Below are positions 1 through 6,981 of a stretch of 19,580 nt of DNA, one piece after another. Below the pieces are notes generated by a model. It saw nothing but the letters and a program-made list of their open reading frames with translations. It searched no databases and was not told the DNA's origin. The stretch covers positions 1-19,580 of the forward strand of contig JAISCZ010000094.1 in assembly GCA_031265205.1 (NCBI GenBank), read 5' to 3'. Position 1 is the stretch's first letter, and each line of letters begins with the position of its first letter. This DNA comes from Deltaproteobacteria bacterium (GTDB taxonomy: Bacteria > Desulfobacterota > Desulfarculia > Adiutricales > Adiutricaceae). The translations under genes were made by a program, and so were the position numbers.

Positions 1-100
1 CCTCTTGCCCATGCCCGAACTGTCTTCTCGCCTCTCCGGCTTCCCAAGGCCTCTTGCCCCACATCCGCCCTGCTTCCTCGTCTCCCAGGCCTCTTGCCAC
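1..100. repeat. Three copies of (A)GGCCTCTTGCC at ~45-bp spacing in a Pro-codon-rich noncoding stretch
   Basis: cctcttgccc at 1-10 (copy cut by the window edge), aaggcctcttgcccc at 46-60, aggcctcttgccac at 87-100. Confidence 0.4.
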
Positions 101-382
101 ACCCAGCCCTCCTTGGCCCAATGGCCCGGCTGTTCTCTATTTATGGGTATCATAACAAAGGCAATATCGCCATGTCAAGGCTTTTTTATAAAAAATATTA
201 TGGGTACAATATTTTTTAAAAAACTAGCAATTACAGGTACTTAGCCTCAAAACTGAGGTAAGTTCAGTCTAAGGCCCACGGGACTTCCGCGCGCTTAAGG
301 GCGGATAAGAGCCTCCCCGCGGGCGGCCAACCCAAAGGCCTCGCTTGGGCGCCCAGGGAGAGCGGGAGAGCGGCTTTTAACG

Positions 383-412
383 TTTACGTCCCGCGCCTTG
401 GGGTGCTATAAT
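383..412 (+). promoter_or_regulatory. Sigma70-like promoter with extended -10 (TTTACG-N18-TGcTATAAT) upstream of gene 1
   Basis: tttacg at 383-388, tgctataat at 404-412. It would give a ~140-nt GC-rich 5' leader (419-560). Confidence 0.45.
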
Positions 413-560
413 TGGCGGATAATTGTCCCCTTAACGCGAAGGCGCTTGGCCGCGCGACGGGACGCGGCGCGAGGGAGCGCGCGCCCCAACGCGCCGCGAC
501 CGCGAGAGGCCTTTCCAGCGCTTTCCAGGGCCTTTTTCCTATCCTGATTTTTGGTGCCCC

Positions 561-1850
561 ATGGCCATTATTGACGTCGTGAAATTCAACGGGCCTCCCC
601 GGATCCTGGCTTGGAAATACCCGAGCCAGGAGCTTTCCACCTGGACCCAGCTTATCGTCAACGAATCCCAAGAGGCCGTCTTTTACAAAGGCGGCCAGGC
701 CTTGGACGTCCTCGGGCCCGGGACCCACTCCCTGGACACCAACAACCTCCCCATCTTAAGGGCGCTCCTCAAGCTCCCCTTCGGCGGGGAAACGCCCTTC
801 GCCGCCGAGGTCTGGTTCGTCAACAAGACCCATTCCTTGGACGTGAAATGGGGCACGGCCTCCCCCATCCAGACCCAGGATCCCAAATTCGGGATCATGG
901 CGCCGGTGCGCGCCAACGGCCAGTTCGGGGTCCAGGTCGAAAACTCCGCCAAATTTCTCGTCAAATTAGTGGGCGCCACCCCCTCCTTTGACCAAGACGC
1001 TTTAATCAGATACTTCCGCGGCGTTTACCTCACCAAAGTCAAAGACACCCTAGCCCAGTACCTTATCCAAAAAAAAATCAGCGTCCTGGAGATCAGCGCC
1101 TACCTCGATGAGCTCAGCGGCCACATGGCCGAGAAGCTGACCCCCTATTTCGCGGAATACGGCATCCGTCTCCTCAATTTTTACGTGAACGACGTCAGCG
1201 TCCCGGATAACGATCCCGCCGTAATCCAGCTCAAAAACGCCTTGGCCAAGAAAGCCGAAATGAATATCATCGGCTACGACTACCGCGAGGAGCGCTCCTT
1301 TAACACCCTCGAGGAGGCGGCCAAAAACCCGGGCGCGGCGGGGAGCGTCATGGGCGCGGGCGTCGGGCTGGGAATGGGCTTAGGCTTGGGCGGCGCCATG
1401 GGCCAGCGGGCCGGGGACCTCGCCCAAAACATCAACGTCGCGGCCCCGGCGCCCACGGTCGCCTGCCCCAAGTGCCAGGCCAAGGTTCCCGCGAACGTTA
1501 AATTCTGCCCCGACTGCGGCCAAAACCTCGCCCCCTCCGCCGCCAAGGCCATCAAATGCGACAAATGCGGGGCGCTCATGTCCCCCAAAGCCAAATTCTG
1601 CCCCGAGTGCGGAGATCCTTACAATCCCTGCCCCAAGTGCGGCGAGGATCTCCCCAAGGGCGCCGCCAGCTGCCCCGCCTGCGGGTACGCCTTTCCCAAT
1701 CCCTGCCCGAACTGCGGCGAGCCCATTGAGCGGCCGGACGTCAAATTCTGCCCCGCCTGCGGCCAAAGCCTCGCGCGCGACTGTCCCGCCTGCCACGCGA
1801 CCAACGCCCCCGGAGCGAAATTCTGCCTCAACTGCGGCGCCAAACTGTAA
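561..1850 (+). CDS. SPFH/band-7 family protein of the COG4260 'Band_7_1' (B. subtilis YdjI-like) type, with a C-terminal array of five tandem zinc-ribbon units
   Basis: 429-aa ORF. The N-terminal ~290 aa match the pattern I associate with COG4260 SPFH proteins (…ILAWKYP…LIVNESQEAVFYKGGQALDVLGPGTHSLDTNNLPIL…). A Gly-rich linker (GAGVGLGMGLGLGGAMG) follows. Then five CxxC-N8-10-CxxCG units: CPKCQ…CPDCG, CDKCG…CPECG, CPKCG…CPACG, CPNCG…CPACG, CPACH…CLNCG. Coding-like high-GC codon usage. The gene lies downstream of a sigma70-like promoter at 383-412. No obvious SD (only a weak ggtg). Confidence 0.8.
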   Translation: MAIIDVVKFNGPPRILAWKYPSQELSTWTQLIVNESQEAVFYKGGQALDVLGPGTHSLDTNNLPILRALLKLPFGGETPFAAEVWFVNKTHSLDVKWGTASPIQTQDPKFGIMAPVRANGQFGVQVENSAKFLVKLVGATPSFDQDALIRYFRGVYLTKVKDTLAQYLIQKKISVLEISAYLDELSGHMAEKLTPYFAEYGIRLLNFYVNDVSVPDNDPAVIQLKNALAKKAEMNIIGYDYREERSFNTLEEAAKNPGAAGSVMGAGVGLGMGLGLGGAMGQRAGDLAQNINVAAPAPTVACPKCQAKVPANVKFCPDCGQNLAPSAAKAIKCDKCGALMSPKAKFCPECGDPYNPCPKCGEDLPKGAASCPACGYAFPNPCPNCGEPIERPDVKFCPACGQSLARDCPACHATNAPGAKFCLNCGAKL

Positions 1851-1867
1851 AATCGCGCGAGGGTCCC

Positions 1868-2653
1868 ATGCGTAACCTATTGTTCAAGACGATCTTCGCC
1901 GTCTGGGCGGCGCTGGTAATTTTCAGCGTCATTTTCGCGGCGCTAATCCCCGACAAAAGACTCGTTCAGTACGTCGCTTTCTTTTTCCTCCTAATAACCG
2001 AAACGGCCACGGCCGCCTCTCTCGCGTCGCTCTCCTTCGCCAAGGCCCGCGCCAACTTCAATCTCTTGGCCTTAGGGGTCAGCGTTACCGCGTCCGTCTA
2101 TTTCATCGTCGCCGGCCTCTTGGCCGTCCTCGCGCTGGCGGGCGTCCTCAACAACCCGCCGGCTTTGGCTTTCCTGGAGTTGGCGCTCCTTTTGCTCCTC
2201 GGCGTCGCGGTCTGGGTCTTTTTCCTTTTCGCCCAAAAGCGGGAAGGCGCGGACGCGGAAATCAGCCGCAAGGCCGCCCGTTCCCTTTCCTGGGAAAAAC
2301 GCCTCGCGGCCCTTCGCCGCGAAAGCCCCCAAGGCTCCCCCGTCCAGCTGGGCCTGGAAAAAGTTCTCGAGGAAGTCAGATATTTTTCCAAAACGGCCGA
2401 ACTCCCCTCGGATCTCTCTTTCGCCGCCAAACTCCTGGAGCTGGAAAAACTCCTCGCGCCCTCCCCCGCCGCCGACGCCCTCCCCGGGGCGGAGGGCCCC
2501 GTCGCGCCGGATAGCCTTCCAGGGGCGTCGGACTCCCCCGCGCCGGAAAGCCAAGCGACGGAAAGCGCGATCCTCGGAGTTATCGAGGAACTCCGCCGTC
2601 TCGCCCTCGCCCGCCGGGACGAAAGCGCCCTCGCCCGCAGGGGCCGCTTTTAA
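1868..2653 (+). CDS. Integral membrane protein (about 4 predicted TM helices) with a Pro/Ala/Glu-rich cytoplasmic C-terminal tail; hypothetical
   Basis: 261-aa ORF starting 17 nt after gene 1, with a GAGGG SD 4 nt upstream. There are four hydrophobic stretches of ~23 residues in the first 125 aa (e.g. LLFKTIFAVWAALVIFSVIFAALI; LLALGVSVTASVYFIVAGLLAVLALAGVL). The remainder is a charged, low-complexity helical tail. No family recognised. Confidence 0.6.
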   Translation: MRNLLFKTIFAVWAALVIFSVIFAALIPDKRLVQYVAFFFLLITETATAASLASLSFAKARANFNLLALGVSVTASVYFIVAGLLAVLALAGVLNNPPALAFLELALLLLLGVAVWVFFLFAQKREGADAEISRKAARSLSWEKRLAALRRESPQGSPVQLGLEKVLEEVRYFSKTAELPSDLSFAAKLLELEKLLAPSPAADALPGAEGPVAPDSLPGASDSPAPESQATESAILGVIEELRRLALARRDESALARRGRF

Positions 2654-2708
2654 GCCCCGCGCCCTGACCGTCAAAACCGCCGCGAGCGAAAATTAAGGAC
2701 CGGCCTGA

Positions 2709-3956
2709 ATGGAAGAAACAAATCAAGTACAGTGCCAAGCCTGCGGGGCGACGATCGCCGTGGTTCCCGGAGTGTCAACGTACGTCTGCGAATACTGTGG
2801 GAGCGAAGTCAATCTCTTCCAGCCCACGGTCGCCGAAATTATCCCCTTGGAGCCGGAAAAAATCATCTGCTTCAACGTGGACAAAAATAAATTCCACGCC
2901 TTTCTCTTGGATAAAATCGTCAGCGACCCCTTCGCCCCGGACGATATCCTCGAATCCGGGACCCTGGAAGAGGAAAAACTCAAATTCGTCCCCTGCTATT
3001 TTTTCCAAGGCCAATTCCGCGCCCACTGGACGGCCTCCTTCGGCTACGACCGCCAGGTGCGGGAAACGGTCTACGTGACCCGCGTGGAAGGAAACCGCCG
3101 CAGAAGCGTCCCGGAAACCCACTACCGCACGGTCACGGACTGGCGGCCCGCCTCCGGGGTGGCCGCGGGCGTGGCCCTCGTCCACGCCTACGCCGGGCCC
3201 CCGCTGCCCACCCAAATCCAGGACATGCTTAACGCCATTCCCTCCGACGCCAGCGTTCGCTACGCGAAAGGCTACGCGGCGGGCTTTAGCCTGGACCCCT
3301 TCGCGCTCAAACAGGCGGAAGTCGAGAGCCTTATCCTCAAACAAGCCCGCGCCGTAGCGCGAAGGGAGGTTCAATCCCACGCCCAGGGGGACCGCCAAAG
3401 GGACTGGCGCTTCAACGAGACTTGGGAAAAGACGGAATACGCGCCCGGCCTTTTGCCGCTGTGCGCGGCCACCTTCAAGTACGGGGAAACCCTTTATCGC
3501 TTTTGGGCCAGTGGGGAAAACATCGCCCTTAACTTAAACGATCCCCTGCCGAAGGACAAGTCGCGCCGCCGCAGGATCCGCCTCGGATGCGTTCCCGCGC
3601 TCCTTTGCGCCGTCGCTTTTTCCGCCTGCTATATACTCCTGGCCCGCGAGCCCCACCTTTATTCCATGGTCGTCGTCCCTACCGTCGCGGCGCTCGTTTT
3701 CGCCGCGCTCCGGCGCTCCTCCATTCTGAAATACTCGCGCCGCGTCCGGGAGGCCACTTTGGCGCGCCGCCAAATCGAGGATCTGTCCAACGCCGATAAT
3801 TACGAGGCCAAGGATCTCGACGCCCTCGAAAAGAAAGCCCAAAAACCTTCGCTCCCCGCGCTCGCCAACCACGCCTACGACGCGCTCTTCGTCTCCCTTT
3901 CAAGCCTCGTCCTCGTGGGCCTCGTCGTTCTCGCTTTCTTTATCTTGCGCCTTTAA
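2709..3956 (+). CDS. Zinc-ribbon membrane protein: N-terminal CxxC…CxxC zinc ribbon, ~260-aa soluble domain, 2-3 C-terminal TM helices; hypothetical
   Basis: 415-aa ORF with an AAGGA SD 9 nt upstream of ATG 2709. N-terminus: VQCQACGATIAVVPGVSTYVCEYCGS. C-terminal hydrophobic helices: RIRLGCVPALLCAVAFSACYILLA, LYSMVVVPTVAALVFAAL, LFVSLSSLVLVGLVVLAFFILRL. It is on the same strand as genes 1-2 with a 55-nt gap. Confidence 0.65.
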   Translation: MEETNQVQCQACGATIAVVPGVSTYVCEYCGSEVNLFQPTVAEIIPLEPEKIICFNVDKNKFHAFLLDKIVSDPFAPDDILESGTLEEEKLKFVPCYFFQGQFRAHWTASFGYDRQVRETVYVTRVEGNRRRSVPETHYRTVTDWRPASGVAAGVALVHAYAGPPLPTQIQDMLNAIPSDASVRYAKGYAAGFSLDPFALKQAEVESLILKQARAVARREVQSHAQGDRQRDWRFNETWEKTEYAPGLLPLCAATFKYGETLYRFWASGENIALNLNDPLPKDKSRRRRIRLGCVPALLCAVAFSACYILLAREPHLYSMVVVPTVAALVFAALRRSSILKYSRRVREATLARRQIEDLSNADNYEAKDLDALEKKAQKPSLPALANHAYDALFVSLSSLVLVGLVVLAFFILRL

Positions 3957-4037
3957 AAAACTTTTTTTGGCCCCGCCCCCTCGCCCGCGCCTGGGGGGCT
4001 TCCCGCGTCTCGCGGGGGGGACACAATCCGCGCGAGG

Positions 4038-5588
4038 GTGATGGATATGGACGGCGACGCGCCCCAAGTCCTCGAAAGAGACGATCCCTTCCGCGAGCCC
4101 CTCTTCCCCTACGCGCTAAAGGTCGCGGGAAGGCTCCCCGGGGTCCTCGAATCCTTGGCCCAAGGCGCTTTTCTCCTCCTCGAGGCCCCCCGTCTCGCCG
4201 GCAAAACAATGGCCTTAAAGGATCTGGCGCGGGAATTGAGCGCCTCTCCCGCCAATCTCGCGGTTTACGTCCCCCTTCGGGCCCTCGGGGGCGAAAGCGA
4301 CCCCGCGGCCGCCGTGGCCGCGACCGCGAGCCTCGTCGCCGAATCCCTCGCCGCTTTTCCGGGCGCCGCGCCGCCGGATCCCGGCCCCTACGCCCGGCGC
4401 CGCGGCCTCGCGGATTATCTGCCCAAGGTTTTGGAGACGGGCGAGCGGCGCCTCGCCCTTTTTCTCGACGACATCGACTCTCCGCCGGCCCCGGCGCGCG
4501 AAGCCCTGGTCGGGGAAATTTTCCTGGCCCTCGCGCGCGCCCAGGAGGGCGGGCGCCGCCTTTCCGCGCTCTTTTCGGCGAGATTGGGCTTCGCGGAGAC
4601 GCGCGCCGGGGGCGCGCCAGACGCCTTCGCGCGCTCGCCGCTCGCCTCCGCGCGCCTTATCTCCCTTCCCCCCTGGGGCCCCGACGACTTAAAGCTGCTT
4701 TTGGACGGCCCTTTCGCCAAGCGCGCCATAAGCTTCTCCCCGGAAGCCGCCGAAGAGCTCCTCTATTTTTCCGGGGGAAGCCCTGGCCTCACCGTCAAAC
4801 TCGTCTCCCGCGCGCTGGAAAGCCTTCCCCCGGGCTTCCAGGGGGAACTGGGCGCGGATCGCGTGGACCGGGCCTCGCGACTCCTCATTTTGGAGCGGCG
4901 GGGCAATTTCCTGGGTCCCCTCCTCCACCCCCTCGCCGACGCGCGCGTCCAAAGGGTCATGGAAGCGGTCCTGTTGGGGGACGGGGCGCTCCCCGCGGCG
5001 GCGACCATGGAAGACGTGGGCCTCTGCTTGGGCTTGGGCCTATTAAGCGACAAAGACTCTACCCTGGCCCCCACCTGCCCCCTCACGCGGGAGGCCATTT
5101 TAAGCGCCCTCGCCCACCGCTTCGCCCTCGCCCTCCCGCGCGATCTGGAGATCCCGTTCCGCGCGGGAAAAAGATTGGACATGGGCGTTTTGCTACTCAA
5201 TTTTCAGGCCTTTTTCCTGGAAACCGTCAAAGTTCCGCCGTCCTCCCCCGACTATTCCCCCAGCCACGGCCCCCTGGCCCTCGCGGCTTACCTTCAAAAG
5301 GCCCTGGGCGAGGAGGGTACCCTGCTTTCCGAGTACGGCCTGGGAAGGCGCCGCCTCGATCTCCTCTTAACCCGCGAGGGCCGCAACTATCCCGTCTTTA
5401 CCCGGGTCGCGGCCCAGGGCCCCCATAGCCCCACGCTCCTCAAAAATCTCGCCGCCCGCCTCGACCGCCTCCGCGCGACGGAGGGCTGGCTCGTTTATTT
5501 CAACCCTGTAGGCTCCGGGTCGTCCCCCAAGCCGCCCTTCGCGGCCGAAAAAATCGAGGGCCGGACTATCTATTGGCTTGAGTGCTAA
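4038..5588 (+). CDS. AAA-ATPase-like P-loop protein (PF09820-like N-terminus) with a probable degenerate PD-(D/E)xK ('PDDEXK_9'-like) C-terminal domain
   Basis: 516-aa ORF. Walker-A-like LLLEAPRLAGKTMAL resembles the …RPRRFGKS… signature of the predicted AAA-ATPase family. Walker-B-like LALFLDDIDSP. The C-terminal …EYGLGRRRLDLLLTREGRNYPVFTRV… resembles the E…GR.D..L motif of the DUF1703/PDDEXK_9 nuclease-like domain, but the terminal E/K appear substituted. The start is uncertain: GTG 4038, ATG 4041, or ATG 4047, which has better SD spacing. Confidence 0.55.
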   Translation: MMDMDGDAPQVLERDDPFREPLFPYALKVAGRLPGVLESLAQGAFLLLEAPRLAGKTMALKDLARELSASPANLAVYVPLRALGGESDPAAAVAATASLVAESLAAFPGAAPPDPGPYARRRGLADYLPKVLETGERRLALFLDDIDSPPAPAREALVGEIFLALARAQEGGRRLSALFSARLGFAETRAGGAPDAFARSPLASARLISLPPWGPDDLKLLLDGPFAKRAISFSPEAAEELLYFSGGSPGLTVKLVSRALESLPPGFQGELGADRVDRASRLLILERRGNFLGPLLHPLADARVQRVMEAVLLGDGALPAAATMEDVGLCLGLGLLSDKDSTLAPTCPLTREAILSALAHRFALALPRDLEIPFRAGKRLDMGVLLLNFQAFFLETVKVPPSSPDYSPSHGPLALAAYLQKALGEEGTLLSEYGLGRRRLDLLLTREGRNYPVFTRVAAQGPHSPTLLKNLAARLDRLRATEGWLVYFNPVGSGSSPKPPFAAEKIEGRTIYWLEC

Positions 5589-5855
5589 CGGTGGGCTTTG
5601 GCGCTAATTTTGGCGCGCGCGAGCTTTGGGCTTTAACGCTGGCGACGCGCCTCGCCGCCCGCTCGCGGCGGGAGCGGGCGGCTCTTTAAAACGGGAGCGC
5701 TTTTCCGACGCCTTTCCCCCAAAGCCCGCCCGGGGCCTTCCGGGGCGCGGCGGCGGAAGAGCCCGTAACTCTTACATTTTGAGGGCCTTTTGCGCTAAAA
5801 TCGTCCTTAAGCGCGCCCGCTTCCCCATAAGGGCCGTTTCGCCAAGGCTTTGGGC

Positions 5856-5907
5856 TTGACGGCGGGCGAGGGGCGCGATAAAATTAATTTAACAAATAAT
5901 TAATTTT
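5856..5907 (+). promoter_or_regulatory. tetR promoter (TTGACG-N16-ATAAAA) with overlapping operator: two AATTAATT palindromes 16 bp apart
   Basis: ttgacg 5856-5861 and ataaaa 5878-5883. AATTAATT sits at 5882-5889 and 5898-5905 within aaattaatttaacaaataattaatttt. This is the classic TetR autoregulatory layout. Confidence 0.5.
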
Positions 5908-5977
5908 GTCGCCCCGCCACGCGAATTTCGGGAAAAGAGGCGCGGTCCCCAGTGGCGCCCGCGCGAGGCGCGAGACT

Positions 5978-6691
5978 ATGTCGGAAAAAAGCAAACGTCG
6001 CCAGGTGGGCCGTCCCCCTGGGAATTCCACGGACAAGGCCAATCTCCGGGAGGATATCTTAAAGGAGGCCTTGGAAATCCTGGGAGAGCAGGGATTTACC
6101 CACTTTTCCCTCAAAAACGTCTCCACCCGGGTCGGAGTCACCCCCGCCGCCCTGTACCATTATTTCGCCAACAAGAACGCCCTCATCGAGGAAACCCTCG
6201 GACACTTCGTTCTCCCCGTGGTCTACGGTCTCTGGGAGCTGATGGATTTAGAGGACGACCCCGTCAAGATGGTGGTCGCGCTCATGGACAGGCTCATCGA
6301 AATCGCCAACTCCTCTCCCTGGTTTCTGCCCATGTGGGCGCGGGAGCTGGCCGACCCCGCCCAGCCCTTGCGCCGGTACTTAACCCAGAACGTGGACCCC
6401 CAAACCATTCACCGCTTCTGCGAAAAGCTGCGGAAAGCCAAAGAGAACAATATCGTCAATCCCGACCTTTTGCCGGACATGCTCTATATTTCCCTCTTCG
6501 CCTCCATTTTTATTCCCCTCCTGTCCATTTCCTCGTGGACGGACAGCTGGGGCTTTGACATTACCCCGGAAAGGCTGGTCGCCCATATCCGCTCCATGAC
6601 CCTCAAAGGCGTTTTTATGCCCCACGTCGAAATCGCCTTCAAGGACTCGCCTCCCCTGACTCTCCCGGAGCCCCCGCCCAAACCCCTTTGA
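5978..6691 (+). CDS. TetR/AcrR-family transcriptional repressor
   Basis: The N-terminal HTH is classic TetR_N: LREDILKEALEILGEQGFTHFSLKNVSTRVGVTPAALYHYFANKNALIEE. The start is chosen at ATG 5978 (MSEKSKRRQ…). The upstream in-frame ATG 5906 given in the ORF track lies inside the predicted operator/promoter. Confidence 0.85.
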   Translation: MSEKSKRRQVGRPPGNSTDKANLREDILKEALEILGEQGFTHFSLKNVSTRVGVTPAALYHYFANKNALIEETLGHFVLPVVYGLWELMDLEDDPVKMVVALMDRLIEIANSSPWFLPMWARELADPAQPLRRYLTQNVDPQTIHRFCEKLRKAKENNIVNPDLLPDMLYISLFASIFIPLLSISSWTDSWGFDITPERLVAHIRSMTLKGVFMPHVEIAFKDSPPLTLPEPPPKPL

Positions 6692-6752
6692 GCTTCGCGA
6701 GAGGCGCTTTTCCCCCTCTTTTTTTAGCTCCCTTTAACTTCCCTCGCCTCCC

Positions 6753-6969
6753 CCCGAGGCGGGCCCGAGAGCCCAATATTTCCCTTAAAGGGCTTTTCCC
6801 ACTCTTTTATAAAATCCCCGCCCCTCCCCTCCGGGGCCTTGCCGAGAGCCCAATATTTCCTTTTAAAGGGCTTTTCCCACTCTTTTAAAAATTCGCCCCG
6901 CCGCCCCGCCCCACGGGGGCGGGCCCGAGAGCCCTTTTCGCGCGCGAAGGGCTTTTTCCCACTTTCGCC
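6753..6969 (+). repeat. Three tandem direct repeats (~77-83 bp) between tetR and the efflux genes, each containing (G)CCGAGAGCCC … AAGGGCTTTTCCCAC; copies 1-2 also carry TTAAAG-N17-TATAAA-like promoter hexamers
   Basis: Copy anchors cccgagagccc are at 6764, 6841 and 6924. aagggcttttcccac is at 6787-6802, 6865-6880 and 6946-6962. Copy 3 has diverged, with the AT stretch replaced by ttttcgcgcgcg. Confidence 0.75.
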
Positions 6970-6981
6970 AAAGAGTCCCCC

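Noticed and set aside
5-244. 79-aa plus-strand ORF at the window start
   Set aside because: It spans the repeat and AT-rich promoter region. It has no SD and a low-complexity Pro/Ser composition, so it looks like an accidental ORF in noncoding DNA.
384-1796. Several minus- and plus-strand ORFs (384-728, 611-991, 683-979, 1280-1594, 1380-1796, 1619-1843) overlapping gene 1
   Set aside because: They are alternate-frame shadows inside a well-supported CDS, with Arg/Gly/Pro-rich translations typical of high-GC off-frame reading.
5906-5977. Upstream in-frame extension of the TetR ORF (MSPRHANFGKRG…)
   Set aside because: The extension would start inside the predicted operator/promoter and adds an Arg-rich N-terminus before the canonical TetR HTH. 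ATG 5978 is preferred.
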